A stretch of DNA of 64,000 bases from the NCBI GenBank assembly GCA_001179505.1, contig CDMY01000238.1, forward strand, positions 90,201 to 154,200. The letters are read 5' to 3'. Positions within the stretch are counted from its first letter, which is position 1. Each line of letters opens with the position of its first letter. The DNA comes from Vitrella brassicaformis CCMP3155 (Eukaryota; Protista; Chromerida). A model generated the notes under the pieces. The model did not search any database and was not told where the DNA came from. It saw only the letters and a list, made by a program, of their open reading frames with translations. Position numbers and translations under genes: made by a program. Below, in pieces: positions 32,904-45,962 of this stretch.

Positions 32904-35900
32904 TCACGCGTTCTTCACAGCCAGCAGCTTCCTCTCTCGGATGGCCATCTTGCCCTCCCTGATGCAGCCCATAAACGCATCCCGATCCGATGCACACATG
33001 ACGTCCTCCATCTCCCGCGTCCTCGTCGAGTGCAGCAGCTCGCTGCTCAAAGCTCGGTACGCCTCGTCCATGACACCGATGACAAGCGGCGCTGTCGTCC
33101 CTTCCTGGGTGACGATCGTCCGCATGGCGTCAGCTAGCGACTGAAGCTCGTTAAGAGAGAGGTCGGGGAGGGACGGCAGCAGGCCTCTCACGGCCAGCAC
33201 GAGCACTCGCGTCATGTCCCTTGACAGATGGGGCAGCCTCGCGAGAGCTTCAAGCGCTAGCGCGTGCGTCGACGCCGAAATGACCGATGGGGTGCGGTAG
33301 GCCGTGGTGAGCCACTCCTCGATCACAGTCTGGTCTCGCGCTGTCTTGAGCAGGTGCATGCCGCCCCACACCATCATCTCCCTCCCCTTGGTCGCCGCAT
33401 GGCCCTTCTTGTCAGACAGATAGCGAGACGCTGACGCCAAAATGTGGTCGAAGAGGTCTCCTCCCGCAGTGACGACCTTCTGAGAGTCCTGGCCATGCTG
33501 CGCCATTCGCCCCACAGCCCACATGAATCGCCCCCAGTCAGCCGCGTTGAACTGATCCACACGCGAGGGAGAGGCCAGCTCCGCCAGCAGAGAGGGAACG
33601 AAGGCCAGGAGGTCGCCGTGCTGCCACAGCACCGGGGTCCCTTCCGACGGTCGGTGCGGTGCGTTTGGGGGGTGGATGAGCAGACAGAGGGAGGAGATGG
33701 CCCACAGGACGTCCAGCAGAGCTCGTGTGGGGGCGGATGGGAGAGATGACACATCGGGCATCGAGGGAAGCAGGTGGCGGTACATTAAGACGGATGCTGC
33801 AGACAGAGCCACACACACACACACACACACACAGGGCATCCAGCAACGCCCCCTCCTTCAGGCATGTATCTCCCTCACCTTTCCGTTGATCGTCTGGTCT
33901 CGCAATAGCGGCCACCATCCACATGATGTTCCCCACCCCATCCCAATCCACCGCCCTGCTGCCCGCCACCACCCTCTCTATCGCACCAAAGAAGCCGTCC
34001 ACAAACTCGCCGCTGCCGTCACCCTCCCACTTGCGCGTCCAGCGCCTGCGAGCGAACGCCCAGCCGATGAGCTTCAGCTCGGTCAGGGAGAGGGTGTCGA
34101 GAGAGATGGATTCTGCGACGGAGTGCAGGAACGTCTGTTCGGCGGATGTGGTGAAGAGGGGCAGGTGGACTGCAGCCCAGGTGGACATGGCGAGGCCCTG
34201 GGGGGTGAAGAACCATGGATCCTGCACACATAGCAGCAGAGATACGTACGTTCACACATGTGTCTCTGCCATTCATGAGTGTTCACACACCTTGTGTGCC
34301 ACCAGCCGTCCGCCAAAGTCATCCCTGAATCTCCCAAACAGCCTCCCGTCCAGTCCGGAAAGCTCCGTGTACACCGCCGCGTACATGAGTGACGCCACCT
34401 CCCTCCCCTTGAGCCACCGGCCCTCCACGCGATCCATCGCCTCACCCCACAGCCACAGCAAGCTCTCAGCCTCCTTCTGGGTCACGCTGGCCGTTGTTTC
34501 CTTCATGCGTCTGGCTATTCGATGCAACGCTGTGACCAGGTTGATGGTGCTCACGCCGTCCTTGGTCTGCATGGCGGCCGCGATGGCCCGAGTGACTGTG
34601 GCGATCCGCCCGTCGGATGTGGTGATGTTGGTGTTGAGGGATCGCTGTGCGGTGGAGGACGGGGGGTAGAGTGTGTGTGGAATTGGCGCGGAGGAGGTCG
34701 ACTGGCGCGGAGGGAGGAGAGATGGAGCAGACGGTGTCACCTCGTCGGTTGTCAGTGCATCCTGAAGCCTGAAAGAGGCAACAAAGAAAGCATGTCAAGT
34801 GACGTCCACACGGTTACTGCCACGGCCCTTCGCTCACCTCAAGAGTGTGGCGACATCGAGCTGCGCCTTGACCCATCCGTCTTCCTGCCCGCCCCGCCCC
34901 TCCCGCACAGCCGCATCCACAGCGCCCTTGACGCCGCCCACGAGCAGCGACGAACACGCACGGCTTTCGTCAATCAAGAAGCTGTCGATCCTGCTGGGAT
35001 GGGTGGACTCTGTGTACCGCTGGATGAGCTGTGTCTGGAGGGACAGCAGGCTGACGATGAAGGCGGGGGCGAAGAGGGTCGGAGAGGCGGGGAAGAGCGA
35101 ATGAATGGCCCAACTGAACGGGAGGAAACATGAGCAGAAGCAGATTGGAATGAGCAACACTCGTTGGGAGCGTGTGTGTTGTCTCCTCACTTGTTAAATG
35201 CCAATTGTTGCCGTATCGCATCCCTGTCAGCTCCTGGACAGCATGCCACCATCAGCCCACTCAGCGCCTCCACCAGGGCGCCCATCACACCATCATGCGG
35301 CCGATTCACTCCCCTCTCAGCCCTCTCATCCATAACACACGACGAGACGTTGGCCCCCCGCTGGCTCGGCCAGTTGACCCGTATCGCCGCACAGACGTCA
35401 GTGACCCATCGAGCCAGCACACCATCCATCTCTCCACCTTCTGTGTCCAGAGCCCTCCACAGCGCCGTGTCCCTCTTGTACATCGATTTCACCAACCGCA
35501 CCACCGCAAGAACCGACCTGCCCGGCATCCTGTTGTCGCGGAGCAGAGACAGCGACGCCCCGAGGATGGGAATGAGGGCGGCTGGCGGCATCAGAGTGGG
35601 GAAGAGGGACGGCAGCGCCTGTGTGACGGACACCAGGGGCGATGGGGGGAACGACGGCAGCCGGGGGAGTATGGTGTGGTGGAAGACGTGATGCAGATCC
35701 TGGGAAAGCATCGGCAACATAGCCGCGGGAACGTCATCTATAACACGGACCAACAGAACACGGGAGGCAGTGTGCATCGTTCTCGATATACCGACAAGTG
35801 GCGCTGTCAATGGTCTCACCTGAGTGTGCCCTGAGCCACGACCTGCCCGCTGTCACTGCCTTGAGCACCTTGGCAGCCTCATGCGCCCCCCAGTGAGCTC

Positions 35901-37095
35901 CACTGCCCACCACATACCCCCTCAGCACCCCCTCATACCACCGCCCGTACATCTCCGCCCACTTGCCGCTCTCGCCCCTTTTGGCCACGACCAGAAGAGA
36001 GCTGAGGATCGTCGCCAACTCGTGGCCCTCCATCCGTCGCGCAAGCGGATTCAGCTGCAATTGCCGCCAGAGAGCATCCAGGGCCATGTAAATGACCGCG
36101 CTGTCGACCAATAGAGGCGGGAGCATGGAGAGCCCGTTGAGCAAGGAGGAGACGTCCTTGGACGTCCATCGCTGAGCCGACATGCTGCCGATGTGTTGCA
36201 GGATGCGCATGAGCAGGCAGGGGCTTGCGAGGCACGGTGATGCTGCTATCGAGTAGACGGACAGCGACAGATCGTGGGGCGTGAAGGCCGACAGATCAGC
36301 AAAGCGCTTCAGGAAGAAGGCCTGCACTGTCGCCATAGCAGCCGTCAGCCTCTCAGGCTCACTCACAGATGCCTCCAGCACCCTCAGCGCCCACAGCAGG
36401 TTCACCATGCCCCGTGGATCGATCTCGAGTACATCCTGGCTGTCGCCCTTGATCGCAGCCATGATGTCGTCACAGAGAAGGGCCAGAGTGGTCGACGGGG
36501 TAGCGGGGGAGGGGAGCTGTGCGTGCCGCTGCAGCAAAGCGCCGAGGTAGAAGAGGCGTAGCGGCCCTTGTTCGTTAGCTGAGGGCAGCGTGTTGCGGTA
36601 GATGGAGTCCAGAGTCACGGTCGACATGGCCTTCTTGACCCGCCTTGAAAATCGATTCAGCGCAGCCCTCCTCTGCGCCACATCCTCCTCGCCCTCATTC
36701 TCGCCACCATCCTCATGATGCTCCTCTCTGCTGCCTCTGTCGCGTGCCGTCTCCTCCGCCCGCTTGATCAGCTCCTCGAAATCCAGTGTCCGCCGGAACA
36801 CCCGCGCCCTCTCCCTCTCTTGGTCAGACAGCCCCTCTGTGAGGCTGCTCGGCCTCGGCTGGATAATGACATCGTCCCACGCAACCCTTTGTGATGCTGC
36901 GCTCTCGGCTGTGCGGAAGAGTGACACACGCGTGCTGGGGGAGGGAGCGGGTTGGACGGGGGTTGGAGGGGGCATGAAGGCTGCCGCATGAGCGACGGAT
37001 GAGAGCAGGGAGAGGGTCACGACGGACGAGAGGCACTTATCGCGGAACTTGGGTCTGCGGGAGTGGCGGGAGGTATGGGAGGGGTCAGTACTCAT
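32904..37095 (-). CDS. Large alpha-helical repeat protein (FAST/OPR/HPR-like) with a predicted bipartite plastid-targeting leader
   Basis: Leader ...LSSVVTLSLLSSVAHAAAF-MPPPTPVQPAPSPSTRVSLFR (hydrophobic signal, then Phe, then Ser/Pro/Arg-rich transit-like stretch). Repeated motifs FTPHDLSLSVYSIA, WTSKDVSSLLNGLS, MEGHELATILSSL, INLVTALHRIA, FTPQGLAMSTWAAV, FNAADWGRFMWAVG. Phase-compatible introns join the 35734, 35187, 34834, 34273, 33538 and 32904 ORFs. Confidence 0.65.
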
Positions 37096-37778
37096 CGACG
37101 GCGACCATTCGGCCGCCCTGTCTTGCCGCGCTATGGCGCTCCGTGGACATCCATCCTGAGCACAAAACACAGGCACAGACACAAAGCATGATTCAGCTGC
37201 TCTGCTGTGACATCTTGGTGAGCAGTGAGCCGACCTGTGGAGGGACGTCACACATGGGCGCCGCAGATGAAGAGCTGCAGTTGTCCGCATGCTGGCTCCC
37301 TGATCTTGTCCGCCGAGGCTTGGGAGGAGGCGTCACCGGTGCGGGAAGGGAAGCAGCAGTGCAGCCCTCTTTGCCTTGACACCGAGGAAGCGAGAAGATG
37401 GCCTCCATCAAGCACCCTCACACGTCAAGGGCATTCAGTCTGCTTGTTCAGCATGCTTGGCATCCCTCGCACAGCAGATCTGCCACCGCTGAATGTCCAC
37501 CATCCAGCCGTGAACCATCTTTGCAGCTGAGGTTGAGTCCTGGAAACAGCTGCCTTGCCGAACGTGATCCAGCTGACGTTGTGAAAGGAGGGTTGGGCGC
37601 TTCTCCGCGCCTTGTCCACTACCTCTGCGAGCTCAGCGCCAAGTGCGAGCTTTTCCACTTCGCCACACATTTTTCTCAGCGAAGCGGCCCCTGCTGTGAG
37701 TGTTGCAGCGCTGCGGTGCTGTGGTTGATTTTCAAAGTCAATCGCACAGGCATCCGGCTTCAGAAGGGCAGCTGTAGG

Positions 37779-38322
37779 ATGGCGGAGCAGCAGGTGGAGT
37801 CGCACAACAATCCCCAGGAGAGCGATGTGCCCCCGACATCATCAGAATATCACAAAATGTCCGAAAAGGTGAGCCAGACAGACTCAACGACACAACACCC
37901 TCAGAGTCTGTGTGTTGCGTGTGTGCAGGTGTCGTCGTATCTGCATCAGCTCAAGGACGTTAGGGGCTTCACCGACTGGACCAAGCTCAACGAGGACGTT
38001 TTCGGAAGCACATGGCTGGAAATGGACAAGGTAACCACACAAGCAGCAGACAATCATTCCCCTCTCTACGACTGCGTGTGCCGCTGGTGCCTTCAGTTCA
38101 CCTTCGGCACATTGGCTGGACTCGTGAGCGGCTATGCGGCCAAACAAGCACTCAAGACACTCGCTGTGCTGCTCGGGTTAGGAGGGGCCGCTTGGGTGCA
38201 CGCAGGTGGATACCCGTCACTTCACTTCTTTGGTGCCTGTTTCTTGTGCAGAGTTGGCTTCATCGTGCTGCAATCGCTGGTACGCGATGACGGGGAGCAG
38301 ACGAGTCGGGCTTCCCTCTCCA

Positions 38323-38353
<31 letters not shown>

Positions 38354-38704
38354 CAGAACTACGCCGGCTACCTGAAGATTGAGTGGCACAAGATTGAGCA
38401 GGAGGTGGCCAAGAAGTTCGACACCGACGAGGACGGCAAGCTCACCACCAAAGGTGAGAGGGACGATAGGAGCGCACTGACGGCATCAATCCAGCTTGTG
38501 GGCTGTTGTCCGTGTGTGTGGCACAGATTTTGCGGCGTTCTGGGAGAAGTTCCAAAAGGCAATGTCGTACACGCTGCCAGGTGATGCACTCCCGCCAGCA
38601 GATCGTGCTCGGTAATCAAATGGGATGGCTGTCTGTGGTTGTGTCATCATTCAGGCGCTGGTGGGTTTGGTTTCGGCTTCCTCCTGGCCGTGTTCAAGTG
38701 GTGA
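37779..38704 (+). CDS. FUN14: FUN14-family mitochondrial outer-membrane protein
   Basis: Spliced ...FTFGTLAGLVSGYAAKQALKTLAVLLGL|GFIVLQSL|NYAGYLKIEWHKIEQEVAKKFDTDEDGKLTTK|DFAAFWEKFQKAMSYTLP|GAGGFGFGFLLAVFKW*, which is the typical FUN14 pattern. Confidence 0.85.
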
Positions 38705-39312
38705 ACCATCCGTCATAGCTGAAGTTTTTGCCACACAAGGGAGCGGTCGATATACATGCACGTCCTGGCTTTTTGACGGACAGAGAGGTCTTGGTAGGCC
38801 GGTGCGGTGAGTGCCGTGAGTGAGGGCGTGTCGAGGCGGGGGTGTGCTGACTTGTCAGTGCGTGTATGGATGTACTGAAGAGGAGGTCGGTGTCGACGGT
38901 CAGGGAAATGATTTGTTGGATGTGTGTAATGTTGTGTAAGCTTCGGTGTGTGCCTTGTGTGGATGGTGGCTGGCTGTGGTTGTACACCTACCGGAATGTA
39001 CAGTAGTCGCGTCAACGGATGCTTGCCTGACGACCGTACCTAGGGAGTGCGTGACTTGTAGTGCGTGAGCGAGGGGGCGGGGCTCTTTGTCTGGTGGGCA
39101 ACTGGGCATATCAATAACTCAATGAACATGGATTCGTCTCGTGAACGAAACCGACAGTGAAAAAACACATAAGAGCACTTCGTAAGAGCACTTGGTTCGT
39201 CCTCTGACTTGCCGCACTTGCAGCAAGAGGATTCACTCACTCAGCGCACAGGCCTTCCCCTCAATCGCAACTACTCCCTTATCTTATCACCCGCCCTCCC
39301 CGGTCTTATCGC

Positions 39313-40248
39313 TCAGTAGAAGAACTCATGCTTCTGCACGCAACACGCAAGAGGGGCACACGCAAGCAACAAAAGCGACGAGAGATGCCGCGTCAGCTGA
39401 TTGCTTGTGGTCGACTTGCTCCCTCACCTTATCCCACTCGAAGTGGTATTTCTGCCTGAACTGGGCCAGCCCGACGCCCAGAACGCTGTCGATCTTTGTC
39501 TTGAATTGCGGGTGCTCGGCGATCAGCTCCTCATAGCGCTTGGCCGCTGCCTGGGCATGCTCCTCAATGTTGTCCACACCATCAGCTGCACAAGCCACAG
39601 ATGGATGCCAAGAGAGTGCTCATGTGTATCGTCAGTGAGTGTATGTACCTGACATGACGCCAGTGCCCGCGATTCCCGTGGAGCGTCCCGCCTCCTCCAT
39701 GACCTCGTTCAAATGATCCTTCACGTCCTCCACCTGTGAGAGAGCGCCACAACAGGCACATCCGAACGCATGTATGTTCGTTAAATGCATGTGTCATGCG
39801 TGCGGTGTACCTGGTAGAGGACGTCCATCATTTCCGAGATGTATTTCATCCGGTCTCCCACGCCCTCGATGTGACCGAAGGGCTCGGCAACCGCCTCCAG
39901 ACGCTCAAGCTCAGCCTCCCACATGGGCAGCTCCTGGACCAGCAGGAAGTAATCCTGCCAATTCGAAGCCATCACCTGCACCGCAAACGACACACAGAAC
40001 AACGGGCACGCGCAACAGACGGAAAGATCTGGGTGTGCTGACTGCGCATCGTCTCTCTGTCGTGTGTTGCTGACCATCGACTGGAAGTCGCTTGCCCTCT
40101 TGGCGACTCTTGTGGCGTCCATCCACATGTCGTCGTCCAACTTGGTTGGCGTCGCGAAGGTCCGCCGGCTGCCCAGAAGAGCATCCGGACGCCGGGCGAG
40201 CACCGACGTGCAAGATCCACATGTGCGTGTCAAGCGACGGAGCAGCAT
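39313..40248 (-). CDS. Hypothetical protein with mitochondrial-type presequence
   Basis: MLLRRLTRTCGSCTSVLARRPDALLGSRRTFAT (Arg-rich, ending RRTF-A), then a helical domain ...WQDYFLLVQELPMWEAEL...IEEHAQAAAKRYEELIAEHPQFKTKIDSVLGVGLAQFRQKYHFEWDK|KHEFFY*. Confidence 0.7.
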
Positions 40249-40649
40249 CCGGAAGGGCGCAGCCTCGAGAACGTTGGCTTGTTGTTGCGAGCTTAGCTGC
40301 GAGGCCTCTCTTCTTCTCCCTCTGCAAATAAGGGCAACTATGCTTGCTGTCACATCTTCGCCGTAGATATGCACTGTCTGCGTGCATTGGGATCCAAGTT
40401 CTCTGTGTTTCGGAGGTGATTGTCGACTACACTGCGTGAGTTACTTGTGGTCAGATCTGCCGGTCCCTGCTGACGATGAACTGTCGACATGAAAGTGGAT
40501 GAGGGAAGAGGTGCCGCTCTGCAAGTGAGCGATGGAAACGAGCAATGTTTTCACTTGTCGTGTCTGTCTGTCTCCGGCCATTGGTTTGTCCATGTGTTTG
40601 TCACTCGTGTACTTCTCATGTCCCGCCTGTCTCCGCGTGCCATGCCAAA

Positions 40650-43170
40650 TCAGACGCTGATTTCGCCTGACGCGGTCAGCGGCTTTGACAGCGACCCGTA
40701 GTGCGAGAAATGCTTGTTCCACTCAGGCTTCTGGAGGTCGCTAAGCAACACCTTCTTGGACCTGGTCATCCTCTTTCGCACCTCCTGCGTCTTCATCTTC
40801 TCCGCCTTCTTGGCTGCGACGGGCGCCGTGGGTGGGCGCTTTGTGGATGCAGCCTTCTGCTTCTTTGCCTTTGCCTTTGTCTCTGCCGGGGCTGGGGCGG
40901 CGGCGGGAGCTGCCTTTGTGGCTGTCTTGAGGATCATGTCTCGGAGACCGGCGAGCCATCTCTTCTGTCCCTTGATCGAGCACACTTCCTGTGCGGTCTT
41001 CAGCCACTGCATCGCCACCGGCTTGTCCTCAGGGTTGAATCTGAAGTCGGGCTCTTTGTCAAGGACGTCCTGTATCTTTTGGAATACGTCTTGTCTCAGG
41101 TATCTGCCTTTGTCCATTTTGCCAATGGGCGCCTTGCTACTAATCCCCAGCCATTTGTTGAGGCGGTTCATGAGCCTCTGGTACTCGTCAGTGTCGCCAA
41201 AGAGCTCTGCACACATACACGTCAACGATATGCGTAAGAGAGAGGAACATTGCCACAGCCCTTGTGTCCAACTCACTCACCCTTGCTCATGACCTCTCGC
41301 AGATTGTCGTCATTCAACACGTCCGACCAGATATCCAGAGCTTCTTGTTCGTTGTCCTTGTCGAGAGACATGCTCCTGCTGTGCATGAGACATGACTTGC
41401 GGACATTGTAGATGTAGATCTCGACCTCGTCAAGCCGCTTCTTGATGGCTGCAGAATCGCCAGAAGACGGCAACACGTCGCGCATATGGTAAAGGATAGT
41501 AGAGGCATGCCTGCAGGCAGCGAAGCGTGCATGGGGTAGAAGAGACGAGCGAAGAGTTTTGAAGGCTGACTCACTCGCCAGCTCTTGCGCCGTCGGGTGC
41601 GCCGGTGACGAAGCACGAGGGGCGTTCGAGGTCGTTTCCTGGGGTGTGTTCCGTGTAGGCGAAGTCGAGCATCTAAAGCGAGCATACGGTGCAATATACC
41701 CATCCACCGGGGACGGAAGGTGGGCCACTACACGTAGTCCTTCCTTACCTGCAGCTCAGCCGGCCGCAAGTGCGTCCAGAAGTAAGACTTCTGCACAAAG
41801 TTGAGGTCTCAGGGCACAAGCATTCGTGTTTTGGTGCATCTACTGGCTTGTCAGGATTTTCCACGGTGTATTCCTTTGACGGGGCGCCTTTTGTGGAGTC
41901 GTGCGTTTTCAGCCAGACGTTATCCCAATGCGCATCACAGTGCTCAATGCCAAGCTCCAGTACCTTCAGGAAGCCGTCTGCTATGAGAGCCAGCACCCAC
42001 TCTCCGAAGAGCATGTTGACGTCCTCTCCGCCCACCTTCACCGTCACCGTTTCCACCAGTATGTTCCTCAGGCGCTTCTCGTCATCGAGTAGGTCACTGA
42101 TCGGGATGCTGACCAGCTTCTGCATGACGAAAAGGTCGACGCCACTGGGAAGGGACTTTTTGCCGGACTCAGTGGGTGTGTAGTATTTGGGGATGCTGGG
42201 GATGGTGTTGCGCTTTTTGGGGTCTGAGTACATCGGACCCCACTCCTTCCACAGCTCACGATACACTGCAAAGGGACACGCACAAGCCGACAAATCCATG
42301 TCGATATGTGTCTCCCGGCTTCGCAACCGATCTTGTTGCTAACTCTGCTTTCTGCCAGCCAGGAGACACACAACACAAGACAACACAATCCAATACACAT
42401 GATACAAACAATGCACAGACACGTGACGGTCAGCGTGTGTGCGTGCTGACTCGTGTGCGAAGAAGTGCTCGAAAGAGGGATCAGGCCTGCACACGCAGAG
42501 ACGTGTGGCACACTCATCCCCTCCTCGAACAAAGAGACACTACCTTGGCACTTTGATGGCAACTGGGATGTGAGGCCCTTGGGGAAGCGGCGTGTTTTCG
42601 AGCTCGTAGAACCCATCTGCATTCGCACAACCGTGCTGGTCATGAAGGAGACAAGCTTCGTGTTCGCCAGCCCACCGTGCCCAATGAGAGCGAAGATAGC
42701 GATGCCTTGCTCCCCCTCTTCGCCGCTGGTCTTGAGGAGGTACTTCTGTCCGTCGGCCTCGATGCTGCCGTCTTGACCACTGTACTTAATGGCTTTTCGA
42801 TTCTGCCCTTTCCAGAATGCCACGATCTCCTCGTTGCTGGGCTTGGTGTGATCCGCCTGCAGACAGACAGACGGACAGACAGACAGAGACAAATGCGAGT
42901 GACTGGCAGCATGCCTACGTCGTGGTCTCTCAGCATACCTTCTCGAACTCGCAATAGACAACGTCAGCGCTGCAGACCTATTGTGAAGCCACGAGCAGAG
43001 GAGCATCACAAGCATCTGAGTAAGCAGTCCAGCTGTCTGTCTGATACCTTTTGGATCATCCTGATCTCCTTGTAATCAAAGGCCGGCGGCTCAGATGACT
43101 CCGGATCCGTCACATTCAGCTGCGGGAATCTCATGCTGACGGCCTCCACTGCAAGGTGCCTGCCCCTCAT
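40650..43170 (-). CDS. Atypical protein-kinase-like protein with Lys/Ala-rich C-terminal tail
   Basis: KYLLKT (beta3 Lys-like), LFVMQKL (hinge-like), GIEHCDAHWDNVWL (HxDxHxxN catalytic loop). After splicing at about 41854-41802 and 41752-41673 it reads ...AELQ|MLDFAY (DFG-equivalent). Confidence 0.6.
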
Positions 43171-43395
43171 GGCGGATGAGTGGACGCTGACACACAGCAG
43201 CTAGCAGAGGATAGAGGCGACAGCCGCCACACGCATCATGAGCACTTGCGCCATTGATGTCGTCCAGATTTCGCCAGATTAACTCAAAGAATGCCCTTCG
43301 TGCTGTAATGAGGATGCTCTGTGGGAGGAGACTGCCCCGAGACGCCCCCCCTTAGGCCCCCCCAGGCCTGCGAAACGGAATATAATGATGATTGA

Positions 43396-43954
43396 TCAAC
43401 GTTGTGGGCTGTGGCGGATGGCGCACAGTCACCGGCATGGCGGGTCCATTCTCACGGATCGCACGACGTGTTCATCGATCCACTCGAGCCCTTCGCAACT
43501 CCAGCCATTCATCTCACGTGTTGCAGTGTCCCCCACACACATCACACACTCCCTGACGCATCCACACACATCGGACCGCTCGCTGCACACTCAGATGGAC
43601 AGGCAGGCAGGCAGGCAGACAGCGACAGAGCGACTGGGTTGCCACACACAGTGAGTGTTGTCATAGTGTGCGTGTGTGCAGCAAGGGATGAGTCGGGCAG
43701 TGCCGTGTTGTGTGTTTGGTGGGTAAGAGCGATGAGTTCCTGGCTGATGGCGTGGAGGCGCTGGCCTTCTCGCGATGCGGTGCACTGCTGAGCGATCGGC
43801 AGCACATCGACGCCATCAGAAAGAGACAGCGACTCCCACCCACCCAGCCATACAGAATCGAATCGCCATTCCCCCGTTGGCCTGACTGCACCCATGACGA
43901 CCACACGCCCGACAGACAGACAGACAGACAGACAGACAGGCCAACAAACGAAAC
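43396..43954. repeat. About 560-bp direct repeat, copy A (copy B at 45125-45684)
   Basis: High similarity from TCAACGTTGTGGGCT to (GACA)nGGCCAACAAACGAAAC, with substitutions and small indels. No convincing ORF. Confidence 0.9.
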
Positions 43955-44952
43955 CCATGCATATCCGTGTGCTCGTGTAATGTAATGTGATGTGTTGGAT
44001 CGTCTCCCCTCTACCCCTCCCCCAGAACGTTGTCAGGCTGGTCGGTCGTTGGGGCATACATGCGTGAGAGAGAACGAACATGGGGAAGGAGAGAGGACGG
44101 CATGGGGGAGGGGCAGAGAAGCGGGCGAAAGTGGTAGCTAGACAAAACTGCTGTGTGTGCTGTGCTGTATGGGAAAAGAGCGGTCTTGTGTTGGGTGGTT
44201 TAAAACGAGGCAGTCAAACAAGGAAGCGAGCCACGAATCCATCCATCCATCCAGCCAAAATATCAGCGATGGTGTGTGGGTGGTGTGTGGGTGGGGTGTG
44301 GCGGGATAGAACAGGATAGCAGCAAAGGCTGGTCAGCACAGCTTAGATAGATAGATAGATATATAGGTAGGTATACGTATGTCTTCACGTATGCAAGACA
44401 ATCCATAGGATAGGACGGGGCATGGCATCAGTCAGATTGGTAGGTAGGGATCAATCATGCACCACCGACAAATGCATTGCAGACATCACGCCGCGGCGAG
44501 GCCATCATATCATCAGCAACCCACAATCAGTCAATCCACACGCAAGACGTTGACAAGGCGGACAGCCAGGCGAAGAAAGTGGCGTTGGTGTGTGTGTTGG
44601 TTTGAACACATCCCTCTCTCTCTCTCATCATCAGTCAGGCGTCCAGCTATATCCACGATGGAAAACAGCCAGCCGAGCAGTTAACAGCATCCATCCATCC
44701 ATCCATTTAAGCCATGGCGCCAATTCGATCAGCGCCTCCCTCCCTCCCTCCCTCCCTCTTCGGCCCCTTGTATCAGTTCTCTGCGTATGTGTGGGCGTGT
44801 GCCGATTGTGTTGTGTTGTGGATTGGCGTCTCTGTGTGATCTGACTGACTTGTCTGCTCCTACGAGCTATGGCTATCCTATCACCACACGCAGGCCATTA
44901 AATATGAAATCACAACACACCCACACGACTGGCCGACCGATACACACATACA

Positions 44953-45102
44953 GCACAAAGGAGGCCGGCCCACCAAAGAAACACAGGGATGATAGCCGTC
45001 ACACAAGCAAAGCCACGAGAGGGAGAGGGAGGGAGGGGGCGACAAGGTACACACAAGGCAAGGCCCGCCTCGTGTGGTAGAAAACGCCAAGACAGCGACA
45101 CT
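44953..45102. repeat. About 120-150-bp diverged direct repeat, copy 1 (copy 2 at 45963-46082)
   Basis: GCACAAAGGAGGCCGGCCCACC..AGCCGTCACACAAGC..ACAAGGTACACACAAGG..GCCAAGACAGCGACACT occurs in both places. Confidence 0.8.
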
Positions 45103-45124
45103 CAGGAAAGCGGTGACCGTCAGG

Positions 45125-45684
45125 TCAACGTTGTGGGCTCGTGGCACACATCGCACAGTCACCGGCATGGCGGGTCCAATCTCACAGGTCGCACGGACGT
45201 GTTCATCGATCCACTCGAGCCATTCGCAACTCCAGCCATTCATCTCACGTGTTTTACAGTCTCCCCCACACGCACCCCACACTCTCTGACGCATTCACAC
45301 ACATCGGACCGCTCGCTGCACACTCAGATGGACAGGCAGGCAGGCAGGCAGACAGCGACAGAGCGACTGGGTTGCCACACACAGTGAGTGTTGTCATAGT
45401 GTGCGTGTGTGCAGCAAGGGATGAGTCGGGCAGTGCCGTGTTGTGTGTTTGGGTAAGAGCGATGAGTTCCTGGCTGATGGCGTGGAGGCGCTGGCCTTCT
45501 CGCGATGCGGTGCACTGCTGAGCGATCGGCAGCACATCGACCCCATCAGAAAGAGACAGCGACTCCCACCCACCCACCCACACAGAATCGCATCGCCATT
45601 CCCCTGTTGGCCTGACTGCACCCATGACGACCACACGCCCGACAGACAGACAGACAGACAGACAGACAGGCCAACAAACGAAAC
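45125..45684. repeat. About 560-bp direct repeat, copy B
   Basis: Matches 43396-43954. Confidence 0.9.
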
Positions 45685-45962
45685 GACTCTCAGCGTGCAT
45701 GTGTGTGTGTGTGTGTGTGTGGGCGGTGGGTAGGTGGGGGTGGTGAGCCAGCGAATGACAGGGCAGAGACCCCGCTCAACGCCACGCCAACGCACACACA
45801 CACACACACACACACAAACAGAGAAGCGCTGTGGGTGGGGGAAAAATACGAGGGAAAAGAGCCGGTGGATGGATATACGACACCACACACACGAGGGGAC
45901 GGGGTCCGTTACAAGTGTGTCGTGTTGCCGACGCACTCATCGACATGCACTTAAAAACCCCC

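Noticed and set aside
32181-33144. ORFs spanning N runs (also 58844-59659, 60976-61965)
   Set aside because: Artefacts of translating through gaps.
43728-43795. Possible box C/D snoRNA (GCGATGA...CTGA...CTGA) inside repeat R1
   Set aside because: The C box is imperfect, the guide segments are short, there is no clear terminal stem, and no rRNA complementarity could be shown by eye.
44341-44365. (GATA)n tract and other microsatellites as telomeric or functional repeats
   Set aside because: Short simple repeats of a kind common throughout this window; not a telomere motif.
43396-45684. LTR retrotransposon or TRIM interpretation of the 560-bp direct repeats
   Set aside because: No TG...CA termini, primer-binding site, polypurine tract, target-site duplication or gag/pol remnants could be identified.
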